A stretch of 64,000 nt of DNA from Tubulanus polymorphus (lineage: Eukaryota > Animalia > Nemertea), in assembly GCF_964204645.1 (NCBI RefSeq), contig NC_134025.1, positions 14,880,001-14,944,000 on the forward strand, given 5' to 3'. Below the pieces are notes generated by a model. It was given only the letters and a program-made list of their open reading frames with translations, ran no database searches and was not told the origin of the DNA. Below, piece after piece: positions 41,451 through 54,316 of this stretch; the first letter of the stretch is position 1; each line of letters starts with the position of its first letter. The position numbers and the translations under genes are program-made.

Positions 41451-41864
41451 AAGTTTTTTTAACCAACTATGAATTTGGCAACAAACAAGACTATTCTTCA
41501 GTCAGCCATTGCTTTTATTGTCTAGATACATTCCACCAGATGGCAGCATTGTACAGAGTATTCATCATGCAAGTCTATTCTCTACATCCCCCTTCTTAGC
41601 TTAACAGTACTATCCCAGCTATGGTAGTTATTATGACTAAATATGTCTATGTATCAATCAGACCCTATTTCAGCATCTTGAAACATGAGCTTAAGTATAC
41701 TGCAAAGTCAACTAAAGACATTTTTTTCTTTTAAAAGTCACAAATTCAAGATATGGCCCAATAATTACATAATAAAGTAAACAAAAACTATTAAGACTAA
41801 ATAAGATAAGCAAATGAATTGAGTATAATGTTACGCAACAAACACACACGAACACACGCGATGG

Positions 41865-44800
41865 TCAGAGGTTGCTAGCACTTGACCACATGATTTGGAC
41901 TCTCAACGAGTAACATAATCGTCGAGATATTTTGTCGCCTGATTCCGCGATGATTCCACTTCTCCTTTGGACTACGTTTTCCGGAGGTGTTTGCGGGCGT
42001 GTGTCGTTGTCAGACGGTGGAGTGTCGCCGATGTCTGCGGGCGCATTGTCGACAGGAACCGGTTCAGAAGTTTTCATTAGATGCTCGCCTGTTTCTGCGG
42101 TAACGCGTTCCATTTTGACTTATGAAGTATGATCGTGGAAATCCAGAGTGATGTTCTACAATCGCTGGTTGCCATGATTTGTCGGATGGGGCTCGTGTAC
42201 GTACTACATCTCCGGGTTGTAACTCTGGTAGTTCTTTCGAACCTTGGTCATACGATTTGCTCTGGCGGTCTCTCAGAGACTGTAGTGGCTGCTTCGTCCC
42301 AACTTGGGTGTATGGATACAGCAAATCTGGAACAGTGGGTAGTGTTCTGCATAGTTGTCTACTCATTAGTAGCTGGCTAGGCGACTGTGTCATTCCTGAT
42401 AGCGACGACCGATACTGTAGCGAAGCAATGTACGGATCAGAATCCTGGTCTTCGGTTTTCTTGAGCATTTCCTTCACCGTTTTAACAGCCCTCTCGCTAA
42501 ACCCATTCGATTGAGGAAACTGTGGACTCAAGGTGTTGACTTGTAATCCCCATTGATCTGCAAAGCGTAGAAATTCTCTGCTCGAGGACGGCATGTTATC
42601 GCATATCAATCTTTCGGGAATGCCATGGCGGGCAAATATGGATTTCATGCAATTAATTACCTCACGGGAATTCTTATTCCTCGTCAGGCGCAATAGTTCG
42701 GGGTACTTCGAGTAGCAGTCAGCTACAACAAGGTAGTTGCGACCCTTGAATTCGAGTATGTCCGCGCCAAGACATTGCCATGGGCGATCTGGTATCGGGA
42801 ACGATCGGAGTGTTCCAGGCACACGCCGCATTTGGACACCAGGCGATCAATGTCGCCATTGATTCCGGGCCAATACAGGACTTGCCTGGCACGAGCTTTG
42901 ATCTTCTCTGATCCGAGATGTCCTTAATGTAGCAATTCTAGCATTTGTGATCGCAAAGTAGCCGGAATGACGATGCGATTACCTTTCATTACGTCGACAA
43001 CATGGAGCACGTCACGAACGTCCCAAAGGTCTATTATGTTGGGCGATACGCTTGACTGTCGTTCTGGTCATCCATGCTTAATGGTGCTGACCAGTGTGAC
43101 TATTGACTCGTCCTGTAACGATTCTTTGCGTATCCGATCAAGCTTGTTCGTACTGACCGGTAAGTTCTCCATGAGAACATGAACCATGATTTCAATGTCC
43201 ATGTTCAGCCCAGTCTGATCGTTAATCGGGGCCCGAGACAGCGTGTCAGCAAGATACATGAGCTTCCCAGGCACATGTTTCACATCTTGCGTGTATCTCT
43301 GAAGATTGACCATCATCCTCTGAAGCCTCGGTGATGCTTTGGCGATAGGCTTTCTTGTTATGACAACAAGCGGTTTGTGGTCAGTCTCGACTTCGACGCG
43401 TTTACCATATATGTAGTGGTGAACCTTTTGCACGCGAAGCAAATAGCAAGCATTTCGCGTTCGATCTGGCCATAGTTCTGTTCTGCTGAAGTCAGCGTGC
43501 GTAATGCGTAGGCTACTTGGTGGTCGTCTTGCATGAGACAAGCACCAAGACCTGTTGGGGAGGCGTCGGCCTGTATCTTGACTTGTTTCTTCCCGTCGTA
43601 GAACTTCAGCACAGGCTGCAATGTGAGAACTTCTCTGATTTTATTCCCATTGCCACAATGTGTCAGCTTTGAGCAGGGATCGCAGCGGCCTAGTGATATC
43701 CGAGTGCCGCGGTATGTATGGTGACAGACATAAGAGCCTCTGAAGCGACTTCACGTCTTCTGGTGTGGGCATGTTGACGATAGCTTTGATCTTCGCTGGG
43801 TCAGGTCGGAGCCCATCAGAGGTAACAGTATTGCCCACATAGGAAACCTCTGGTACATGTATTTTGAACTGGAGCTTTGGCTTGTTCAATCTGGCACCCC
43901 TTTCACGTGTGCGCTGCATGACCATGTTGATTATTTCATCATGATCGCGATCGTAATCTCCTACTATGATCATGTCGTCCGTTATAACACCCAGTCAGTC
44001 GGACGATCCACCTTCGCGATAATGCCGGACGCTTCAAATTCAGTCAAGGTAGCTTTCAGCTTATTTCGACGAGCTAACGGAAAGTTCCTCGGAGACTGGA
44101 TGACGGGTGTGACGTTCGCATCGATTTATATGTCATAAGGCTTCTCGAACGCGCCGATGCCAGTGAACAATTTTACATATTTAGGGTTTTCTGACTTTCG
44201 TCGAAAACCCTCTTGAAATTCTGTTGATTATTATTATTATTATATATTTTCCGCCGATTTCGTCAAATAAAATTCATCTTCATTCAGATTCGGCAACTGA
44301 CAGCTTCGAAACGAAATGTATAAATTGATACTGTAATAACGGTCTCTCTGAACCAACAGATTGTCTGAATGTACTTTCCATCCTATTTGAAACTTAAAAT
44401 TACTTATTAGGTTACTGTAAATAAAGAATTGAATTGAATTGTTAGACAACAAGCACCGGCGAAATAACAGTTTGTGACGTCATTTAGTAAGTAAATAAAG
44501 GAGGGCTCCGAGAATTTCCAAATCACGGGGACTATACTGGGGTTAGACCATTCAACCAAAAAGAGGATTGCTCCGATAATATCCAAATCATCTCATTTTA
44601 TTTTTTCCATCGAATACCCGGTAATTAATTTTTCCTTTCGATCACATGCATCCAGAAAACCCGTTATCGCTGCTTTGCAGCTATATTGTTCTACTTGAGT
44701 TTCCTTCGTTAACAGTTGACTTTGTGAAGAGGCGACTGACAAAGCCTAAATCTTCACAAGCTTCGTGTCCGAGTATAGGTGATGCTGCCTGTTTGGTTAC

Positions 44801-45070
44801 GAATAATTTCAAAGTCTTCTCTGAGCCGCTTGGTGTGACACATTTTAGCTCAGTGACTCCCACAGGCTTTATCTTGTTGTTGCTGAAGTCAGTTAGACGT
44901 AAATTAGTACTCAGCAGTTCATGATTTCTTCTGAGTTTGCGAAACACCGATTCTGGGATTACGTTAGCTTGCGCACCCGTGTCCAAACGAAACGTTATGC
45001 TCTCGTCTTCAATTTTGACCTTTGTGTGCCACTTGTCTAACTTATCGACGAAGAGAGCACCGATGAAAAA
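41865..45070 (-). pseudogene. pol: Gypsy pol (protease, partial RT, RNase H, integrase), disrupted
   Basis: FRLDTGAQANVI; DDMII..PDPAKIKAI; QADAS..GLGACL..YGQIERE; ETDHKPL; ADTLSRA; FARHGIPE.LICDN..PQSNG.SERAVKTVK. Confidence 0.9.
44181..44687 (+). mobile_element. ~505-bp Helentron-type (HINE) element inserted in Gypsy pol
   Basis: Near-identical to 59635-60142, with subTIRs GGGTTTTCTG/CAGAAAACCC and a 3' stem-loop GCTGCTTTGCAGC. Confidence 0.85.
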
Positions 45071-45258
<188 letters not shown>

Positions 45259-45461
45259 CTGGTATGCGAGTCAGTAATTGGGAATAAGTTGTTTCAAGCC
45301 AAAGGTCGAAGGGTCGAAAAGTAAATTCTCTCACACTCGAATTTACTTTTCGACCCTTCAACCTTTAACTCGAAACAACTTATTCCCAATTACTCTAATA
45401 ATATTTATATATATGAATATGAATAACTTCTAAAATCAATTTAAAAAAATATGTTATTAAA

Positions 45462-45803
45462 ATTGAGAGTAAACAAATTTACAGTGAATTCTTAGATAGA
45501 ATAAAAGATACTACAAATGTCAAATCTGTAGATTATAAATTTAAGGAGTTAACCGAATTAACAATTCATAAGAAATATTCAATTACAAATATTAAAACAG
45601 TTACTAATAAATATGGAGATAAATTAATGATTCACTTAGAATATGAAGGATTAAAAGGAAATAAATATAAATTCAGAACATATTTGCCAGATAGATTTCA
45701 TAGATTATCTAGTGAAGATCTAGAAGAATTATGTTCAGGTGATTTCTATTTCATATACAAAGGTAAGGATGAAAAAGGCCACTATGATATAGATTTCGAA
45801 TAA
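45462..45803 (+). pseudogene. Small conserved terminal protein (start codon apparently ATG>ATT); paralog of 50828..51154
   Basis: Open frame of 113 codons: ..TNKYGDKLMIHL..FRTYLPDRFHRLSSEDLEEL..YKGKDEKGHYDIDFE. Confidence 0.7.
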
Positions 45804-47624
45804 TACAAAATCAATTTTAATAAAGAATTTGATATTAAAATGGAAGCAAATAAGAAGTTCTACTGTTCAACATGCAAAATCAATATAGATAAATCTCAAA
45901 AAGCAAGGCATGATAAAACTAAATCTCACTTAGAGAAAAAATTGAAATTAGAATATAAAGATGATATATTAGAAACTAAATTAGATGAATTAAAGAATGA
46001 AAAAGAAATATATAAATGTGATACATGTAATCAATCATTCAGTAACAAAAGATATTATATAGAACATTTAAAATCTAAAAGTCATATTAGAAATATGAAT
46101 AATGATATTTTTAGGTGAAGATTATTTTGATAAAGATAATGATAAAAAACAGAAGACAATTAAAAGAATAAAGAATAAATTAAACAATAAAAGACCATAT
46201 ATGGAAGACGTTAGAAATTATATTAATTCATTAGATAATAAAAAAGAAATAGAGATAACTCAAGCATTTAAAAGTGATGTTGGACCAGCTGCTATCGAGT
46301 TTAAATTTCATAAAGGTAAAACATTAGAAGAAAATAAAAAACATTTAGAAAATATGAAAAATATTATTAAAATAATTACTGAGGTAGAATACCCTAAAAT
46401 TAGCATATCAGTTAAAGTTAAATTCATAAAATCTGAAGATAAACCAATATCTAATATAAATTCCCATTCACAACATATTATATCTAAACAACATATAGAT
46501 GATAGATTAGATGAATGTTATAATGAAGTAAAAAAATAAAATAGAAGAGAAATTTTTTGAAGGATCAGGTTTAATATTCGATGAAATAATATTTATGACT
46601 TTACATGTTTATAACACAAAATATAATAAATTAACTGAATCAAACCAATAGATGAAAATAATTTATCATATTATAAAGAACCAGATATTGAAGCGTCGAG
46701 TTATATTAAACTACCATTTAAAACTAATGCTGTTATCAATGTTCACAATTTTGATGATAAATGTTTTCTATGGACAATTATAAGTTGTTTACACCCAGTT
46801 GAAGATTATAAACAACATAGTTTTAGATTAACACATTATAAACCATTTGAAAATAATTATAAGATAGATAATTATCCTGTTAGAATTAAAAATATCCCAA
46901 AAATAGAAAAAGATAATAATCTAAAAATAAATGTATTTGATTTAATCAAATTACCAAAAACAAAAGGTAACAAGGTGCCAGTGGGCACAGTGAGATTCAG
47001 CTTTGAAAGTAAATAGTCATGTGCTTGACAAATTGTCATGGGATGATGACATGTTTCTCATAAAAAGAAGAGTGGTTGACCCTCCACTGGACCAAGTAAC
47101 CAAAAATTGATTGAGGGAACTTATTTGGACCAGTGCCTGCTATGATGTATGAATAAACACTCAATTTCTATTGTTTGCACGAATTATGATTCTGGTTTCA
47201 TACTATCATTTTGGCCTTTGCCAAGCTGTCAGTTACAACGCATGAAACTGGGGACCAAGCAGCAGCAACAGCAGTAGTATATTTTTCTTATTAACTTCTT
47301 TATTGCAACCCTCAGAGGTAAATGTGCTACAGTCGTGGGATTCTTTTTCGTCTGTAGTTTCTGTATATTCATCATCTGAAAAAAATAATGGCAAAAAAAG
47401 TTAACTCATGTGAATAGTAACACCTTTTCTGGTTATCATTGGTGGTATACCTTGCTATTGCTTTAAAGGTTTAAACTCAATATACTAAGTTACGTAGAAC
47501 TTGAATGGAGCCATTAATTTCAATTAGTAGCACATACTTTATTGGGTTTATGGTATGCAAGCAACTGCATTAAGGTAGGACCAAAAGTGTTTACCATTTC
47601 AGTTGCAACACAGGAATACGTGTA

Positions 47625-48170
47625 TGGTAAGTAGTGAAGAGTTAATATCAGGGTATTGTAAGTGTTCAAGGGTTAATATCAATGTATGGTTAGAGGTGAA
47701 GGGTTGATATCAGTGTATGGTTAGTGGTGAAGGGTTAATATCAGTGTACGGTAAGTGGTGAAGGGTTAATATCAGTGTATGGTAAGTGGTGAAGGGCTAA
47801 ACTCAGTGTATATTAAGTGGCGAAGGGGTTAATATCGGTGAATTGTAAGTGGTGAAGGGTTAATATCGGTGAATGGTAAGTGGGGAAGGGTTAATATCGG
47901 CGTATGGTAAGTGGTGAAGGATTAATATCAGTGCATGGTAAGCGGTGAAGGGTTAATATCAGTGTATGGTTAGTGGGGAAGGGTTAATATCGACGTATGG
48001 TAAGTGGGGAAGGGTTAATATCGGTGCATGGTAAGTGGTGAAGGGTTAATATCGGTGTATGGTAAGTGGGGAAGGGTTAATATCGGCGTATGGTAAGTGG
48101 TGAAGGGTTAATATCAGTGCATGGTAAGTGGTGAAGGGTTAATATTAGTGTATGGTAGGCCTAGTAGTGA
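47625..48170. repeat. Minisatellite with a 31-bp unit GGTAAGTGGTGAAGGGTTAATATCAGTGTAT
   Basis: About 17 tandem copies. Confidence 0.95.
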
Positions 48171-48424
48171 AGCGCACACCTGGTCAAAATGGAATGTAAA
48201 AATTATTAACTATTAAATTATTAACAGTGCATCACAGGGTTATTAATATTGCAGGGATGTGGCATTTTAAGCAGGCATCCTAATGGGGTTTCAATAGTTA
48301 GGCCTTTTATATCCCCGGGTTTCAAAAACATTGATCTATATATGGCCTAAGCCTATATCGGTATGTATTTCTTGTTGAAAAATAAATGAACTCAAGGATG
48401 AAAATAAAGTAGCCTTATATTTTA

Positions 48425-48960
48425 GGCTATCCCAAAATAATTGTCTGTTTGCGGTAACACCGACTCAACTTTTCAGGTAGGTAGGTAGAAATTTTTTTGC
48501 AAAATCTTTGGGCAAAAAAAACAAATTTATCACCTTTGTTACATGGAAACAATATCACAAATCTACGTTGTGCACAGAAAATTTGTCTAATAGCGTTGCG
48601 TAGATTTCAAGAATTATTTTAAAATTATAACCTCGTCCAGAGCGTAATCTCTGTTAAAAATGAAACAGTACTTGAATATATGCGCGCTTTTAGGTTACCA
48701 GCTTTAATATAGTCACTATTAGAATGAATGGCAGCTTATTGGAACACTGCCAGTTTCCTGGAAAACTTAAACTATGCCACATGTCAAGGCATGCTTTCAC
48801 ACCATGCACACTTCAAACAAACATCGGCAGTGGGTCGGTCGGCTGTTTTTATAAAAAATAGAATTTATTTCAATGAATCCCAGAAAAAAAGTTTTCACCC
48901 GGTACCTTTGAAGTCGGGTCGGTCGGGTTACGGCAAACAGACCATTATTTTGGGATGGCC
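48425..48960. mobile_element. PIF/Harbinger-like MITE
   Basis: TIRs GGCTATCCCAAAATAATTGTCTGTTTGC / GCAAACAGACCATTATTTTGGGATGGCC, with TTA on both flanks. Confidence 0.8.
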
Positions 48961-50827
48961 TTATTGGAATATTTATTAAGCCCAAGCGCAAAAACGTTAA
49001 CTCCAGCAGTAAGGTATTGTTTTTTTAATGAACTGAATAAATTGCGTCTGTGGTTGTACAACTACGTATGTATCAATGCCTGTATAAACATCAATGACTA
49101 TAGTGCTGTACTACTGTACTCAGCACAGCACGTATATATGGTCGCTTCGACCGAATGCATTCAAAGAAAGGTGAAGCTTCACTTAACTAAGGCCGGAACG
49201 CGCTTGTGTAATTCATGGACCGAATAATACGATAAATATACATAATCGTGGATTCAAGACCACTGTCTGGATATATGGGCAAGTAATATCCTAACATCAC
49301 CTACAAGTACCGGCCGAGCTAGCGAAAAAAAATTGACGTACGTTAAGGCCTTAGTGCCGCCGGACGGGAACTGACAAGACACATCATCAGTGAAATTGCC
49401 AGTTAAATACGCATTGACAACTCTTATTCTCGACAAAAAACCCGATTCAACGCTTTATTGACATCTAGTCTAAACATAATTTACACATCAAATCCTGTCA
49501 TTTTCACAAAAAGAATGTAAAATGCCGGTACCTACCTCTAGACTCGCGTCACAGTAAGTCAATGGCGGCGCGCCGTAGTCACGTATCCATTCGCAATATT
49601 CAGTATTTGTCTACTAGCGCATGGAAACTATATTTTCCCGTAAAATATTATGAAAGTTTTAAGGGACGATCGAATGCATCTACTTAGAAAATATTTGCAG
49701 TTTCGGACTCATGCGATAAGACGTTGGCCTACTGGTACGAGGATCTTTTTACGGCGCGTATATCTACATGTATAAATGTCATTCAGATGGGCGTGCTGCG
49801 GTTCGCCTCCACGCGAAAATGACGTCACATGTCACTTCAGAAATGCCCAAAATCGTATGGAAATTAGCCCCCAGGGCCCAAATTAGATACACCAGATATC
49901 CATACCACCAGAAATTATGACCCTCCAACTGTAACAATCCTGTTGACATAACACTCATAGCGTCAGGTGCTACAGATTAAGCGGAGAAGTTGTGCAACAC
50001 TAATCAGTCGGCACCATTTAGTAAACTAATAGATTCAGCTGCGCTGAATCTAATAATATTAAACATTATACATTAAAACCTTTATACCTATCAAAAGATT
50101 ATGATTCAAATGGTGTTATAGATATATTATATTATGAGAATCATTATATGTGAATAAAGCGTATTGATTTATTTTTCAAATCAGAAAATGATTTTGATAA
50201 TAAGATATATCTATGTAGAAAATGTTAACATAAATTCAGAACTGAAAGAAAATCTTAAATGAAAGAAATTAAATTCTAATGAAAATGATATAATTGATTA
50301 TTCAGATCCTCTAATAACAAATACTATTAAAAAGATTCATCAAAGTGCTGCAGCTTTTGGATTATATATAAAATCTGATTATCCAGAACTAATTGAAAGT
50401 GAATATTATCATTATAGAAATGAAAATGTTATCAATCATTTTTGTGACTTATTAATTGAATATGAAATGAAATTTAATGAAAAGTTAAACAAAAATATAG
50501 AAATTATAATGACAGAAGAAGATAAAGAAGAATTTGAGTTTGCTGATAAATGTTTTTATTGTGAAAAGATATTTAATCTAAAAGATAAAAAAGTTAGAGA
50601 TCATAATCATTTGAATGGTAAATTTAGAGGTGCAGCACATGAGAATTGTAACTTTTAAGCTAAGAAAATCAATTTTGTTCCAGTTATATTTCATAATTTA
50701 TCAGGGTATGATGCTCATTTATTTATCAAACAGCTATGTTATAGTAATTGGAAAAGTGGGCTTTCAGACCAGAGGACGAGAGGACGAGACACCTCTCATC
50801 ACCACAAGTAATTTTTTTTTCTTATAA

Positions 50828-51154
50828 ATGGGAGATAGAAAAGCATTCTTAGCAACAATAAATAACAGAATAAAACCAGCAAAAAAACAATTTGAAATAA
50901 AAAAGTTAGTTGATGTTACAAAAGAAATTGAACATAAAATGTTGAAATTAGAAAAGATAAAAACTAAATATGGAGAGAAAGTATCAGCGAATTTAAGTTA
51001 CTGTAATGTTAGTACATCGCGAGAATTTAAAGTATTTTTACCTGATAAATGGGTTTCATTGAGTACAGAGGAATTAAAAGATTTAGAAGGATTTAAAATA
51101 ATCCATCATGGAAAAAATGAAGATGGTCATCATGATTTAGAAATTGTTGATTAA
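50828..51154 (+). CDS. Small terminal protein, paralog of 45462-45803 (function unknown, possibly ssDNA-binding)
   Basis: KTKYGEKV..FKVFLPDKW..EELKDL..HGKNEDGHHDLEI aligns with the element A ORF. Confidence 0.7.
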   Translation: MGDRKAFLATINNRIKPAKKQFEIKKLVDVTKEIEHKMLKLEKIKTKYGEKVSANLSYCNVSTSREFKVFLPDKWVSLSTEELKDLEGFKIIHHGKNEDGHHDLEIVD

Positions 51155-51319
51155 AAAAATAAATTGATAATAAAAATAATGAATATCTAGAATCCGAAAT
51201 GACTTATCTGGACAATTCAATTGCTCCGCGTAGATAGACAAAAGTAGTGATATGGTGCCGTACATGGTGATATTCAATTGATTTAAAAAAATTATTTTTT
51301 TGCTTTTTTTTCTAAAATA

Positions 51320-51673
51320 TTAATCCATTTTTTTTATTGTCAATTTTTGAATTTCAGAAGTATTTTCATTTTTAATAGCAGTAGATTCAGAATTATTAAT
51401 ATCATAAATTTTATTTGATTTCTTATACCAACTACACCCAATCAAAATGAACACAATTACAAATCCAGTTGCAAAATATGGATATTTATCAAATATTCTA
51501 TTATTAGAAGGAGTAGAAATAACAATATTTTCACCATTTTTATTAACATTTTTATTACTAATTTTTTCTTTTACAGCTTTTTTATATTCTTGTGATTTAA
51601 TTCCTAATTGCCGAGACCATTCAATTTGTTTCGGAGTTCTCGTTTTTTTCTTCACTTCTTCCACCTTGCTCAT
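51320..51673 (-). CDS. Small protein with one hydrophobic segment
   Basis: Intact 117-aa ORF with a TAAATG start and the segment YFATGFVIVFILIGCSW. Confidence 0.65.
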   Translation of the reverse strand: MSKVEEVKKKTRTPKQIEWSRQLGIKSQEYKKAVKEKISNKNVNKNGENIVISTPSNNRIFDKYPYFATGFVIVFILIGCSWYKKSNKIYDINNSESTAIKNENTSEIQKLTIKKMD

Positions 51674-52210
51674 TTATTATAGAAAAATTTTTACTTTCAA
51701 TATTTGAAAATGTTATAACTCCAGTTGATAATAATGTCATAAATCCACCTAATTGAAATGATGAATATCCAATCCATTTATTTAATTCAATCATAACTAA
51801 ATAATCATTTTTTAAATCGGAATAAAATCTATTTTCATCTTGAATTGGTAGCATATATTTACATAATTTACTATAACCTTTTACTACATTTTCTGATATC
51901 GCATCATTAATTCTAGCTTTTCTCGCAGTTTCATAAATCTTAAATAATCTAATAATTTCATCTGATTTCATTGTGTCTAATTCATTATAAGTTAGATTTT
52001 TACCAATAAAAGTTTTACATTTCCAGATGCTATTAATATTTCTAATTGATGTTTGCAATAAAGATAATATATATAATTATTATTTGTTGTAACATTATTT
52101 AAAGCACCATCATCTGGAGTTAATTTTGTTTCTGTTATTCCTAAATCATCTAAAGTTTTTTCAATTGGAACATCACTATTTTAAGATTTTATTTTCTTTT
52201 CACTTCCCAT
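51621..52210 (-). pseudogene. Hypothetical element protein (disrupted 5' part)
   Basis: 145-aa ORF, with an upstream TAAATG start at 52210. Confidence 0.55.
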
Positions 52211-52241
52211 TTATATAACAAACAAATTAGTTGTGTTGTTG

Positions 52242-52540
52242 CAACTAGAATTCAACTAGAATGTAACTAGAATTCAACTAGATTAACAAGCTAGTTGAAA
52301 TATTGTTGTTTTTATTTATTTCTTGTTGAATTTTATTTGATTTTTGTTTCAACTACTAACAACTAGAATTCAACTAGAATGTAACTCGAATTCAACTAGA
52401 TTAACAAGCTAGTTGAAATATTGTTGTTTTTGTTTATTTCTTGTTGAATTTTATTCAATTTTTGTTTCAACTACCAATAACTAGAATTCAACTAGAATGT
52501 AACTAAAAATATACTAGATTAACAAGCTAGTTGAATTTGA
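52242..52540. repeat. 2.5 copies of a 118-bp palindrome-containing unit
   Basis: CAACTAGAATGTAACT starts at 52253, 52371 and 52489. Confidence 0.9.
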
Positions 52541-53151
52541 ATAAATTCATATTTAAATGGGTGTCGTAATCGAAATAGTAATTTTGATCTTTTATTATTT
52601 TTCAATTTATCCATATGTTCATTATGTAAATCATGCGGAATAATATTATTTTCCTCAAGTGCATTTTTCATCGATTTCCAATCTTTATTGTAGAATAATA
52701 CTAAAAATCTAATGTTTTCTCTAAAATCTTTAACAATTGAATTATATATTTGATTTAAAACCCATGTTGTTATCCCAAAATGTCTCCCAGAGAAAGCTAA
52801 ATAACATAACACACTTTCTCTAACTTTTGAATCATGTAAATTTGCACAATCATCTATAATGAATAATGTATTTGAACCTTTATAAATATCAATTGCTATT
52901 TTGTTTTAGGATCTAATATAATATATATATATAATAATATAATATAATAATATAATAAATTTATTATTTCTAGTAATATTTCTATCATAAGTTTGATTAA
53001 ATTCATATGTTGGACAAAATAATACTATACTATCAAAATAGTTTTTATAAATAGTTTCTAATAAATTTAATATAAAATAAGTTTTTCCACAATTTGTTAC
53101 ACCAGAAATTAACATATTATGAGGTTCAAATATTAATAATTCCTTATTCAT
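52519..53151 (-). pseudogene. A32/FtsK-like genome-packaging ATPase (frameshifted)
   Basis: Walker A ISGVTNCGKT; Walker B FIIDDCA (~52845-52865); SGRH..ITTWVLNQ. Confidence 0.9.
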
Positions 53152-54286
53152 TTATATATTTTTAATTTTACTTGATAATATCCATTCATTAAATTTATCT
53201 GGCCATCCAACCCATTTTACTAAAGAATATTTTTTTCTTTTAATAGTTTTTGTTTTTAATACTTTTTCAATTTTATATTCTTGTTCTAGATTTTCGGTAG
53301 TTAAACTTAATTCTTCTTCATAAAAATACCAATCAACTTCTTCACCATTTAAATCTCCTAATTTATAGACATATGGTTTTGTTGTTATTACCTTTTTTAT
53401 TTTATATATTTCTCTCGTAAAATTACGATCGTATCCTTTATCAAATATCTTTTTATACTTAGAAATTCTAACATTTTGACCAACTTTAAATTTAGGTTCA
53501 CCAAAATCATCTACAAGAAATGCTCCGTATAAATTATTCCAAACAATTTCAGCATTTTCAGGTTTTTTAGCATCAATAGATTTCATTCCAATAGAAGAAT
53601 GATAAGAATTATTATAACCTTCTATCAATTTTGGTAAAACATCAAACATCAATCCATTTAAAAGTATTATTTGCTGTAAAATATTTCCACATTCTTGTTC
53701 TTAATGTTCTATTAAATCGTTCAACAACTGATGCTTTTTCATCCGATTTTGTTGAAAAATATTTAATATTATGATTATCTAAGAGTTCATGAACAAGTGA
53801 ATTACCAAATTCTTTTCCATCATCAAATTGTATTTTTTCTGGTTTTAGTTTATCATCCGAAAGAGATTTTCTTAAAACATTTGATGTTTGTACAGCATCT
53901 TTTCTGCAAAGTGGGAAGCTCCATACATAACGACTAAAAATATCAATCATATTCAATATCCACCAATAATCATCATTATCTTTCTTAATATTTTTCATAT
54001 CAATTAAATCTCCTTGCCACTGTTGATCTACATAACTTACCATAGTTTTACGAGTTTTATATTTTCTAACAATTTTTTTATGTGTTGTATATGTTGGTTG
54101 TTCTAACATAAATTCATTTATATCTTTATATTTAACTAAATTTTGTGGGATTATCTTATCTAATTTATCTTTTTTTACTTGACGCCATATATTTTTGGTA
54201 GAAGAATAAGCAACCGAACTCTCAGGGTTGTAATATAAATTTCTAAAATATTGTTCTTTAGTATTAGGAGTTTTTTTACCACCCAT
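53152..54286 (-). pseudogene. Retroviral-type (rve) integrase with a C-terminal chromodomain, one frameshift
   Basis: WQGDLIDM, IDIFSRY, QFDDGKEF, VVERFNRTLR, YNNSYHSSIGM, FKVGQNVRI, YKIEKVL..LVKWVGWPDKFNEWI. Confidence 0.93.
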
Positions 54287-54316
54287 TTATATATCGTTAA
54301 TTTTAACTTAATATTT

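Larger units (their letters stand above)
41462..45070 (-). mobile_element. Gypsy/Ty3 LTR retrotransposon remnant (gag and 5' LTR lost)
   Basis: PR-RT-RH-INT order on the minus strand. A polypurine tract AAGAAGGGGGA (41597-41587) is followed by TG at 41586, marking the 3' LTR. Confidence 0.9.
46969..50054 (-). mobile_element. Helentron-type element inserted in pPolB
   Basis: One end is the hairpin TAGATTCAGC-TGC-GCTGAATCTA. The other is AACAAG-GTGCC-AGTG-GGCAC..AGATTCAGC (stem-loop plus subTIR). The pPolB reading resumes across it, and a similar end occurs at 16643. Confidence 0.75.
45840..50738 (+). pseudogene. polB: Maverick protein-primed DNA polymerase B, N-terminal half (zinc fingers, EndoVII-like domain, exonuclease start), interrupted
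   Basis: Zinc fingers; FEGSG; SSYIKLP..AVINVHNFDDKCFLW..LHP; KINVF | PLYLSK..ENHY; VRDHNHLNGKFRGAAHENCN; FHNLSGYDAHLF. Multiple frameshifts and stops. Confidence 0.88.
45269..50742 (+). mobile_element. Maverick/Polinton-like element A: hairpin terminus, small gene and the N-terminal half of pPolB
   Basis: Abrupt switch to very AT-rich, intronless ORFs with Maverick pPolB N-terminal motifs. Confidence 0.85.

Noticed and set aside
44240-44452. Identical 70-aa ORF duplicated at 59691..59903
   Set aside because: It is a chance frame inside the duplicated non-coding HINE element.
47625-48170. Telomere-like GGGTTA or an array of splice donors (GGTAAGT)
   Set aside because: These are parts of a 31-bp minisatellite unit and not a telomeric array. 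There is no evidence of function.
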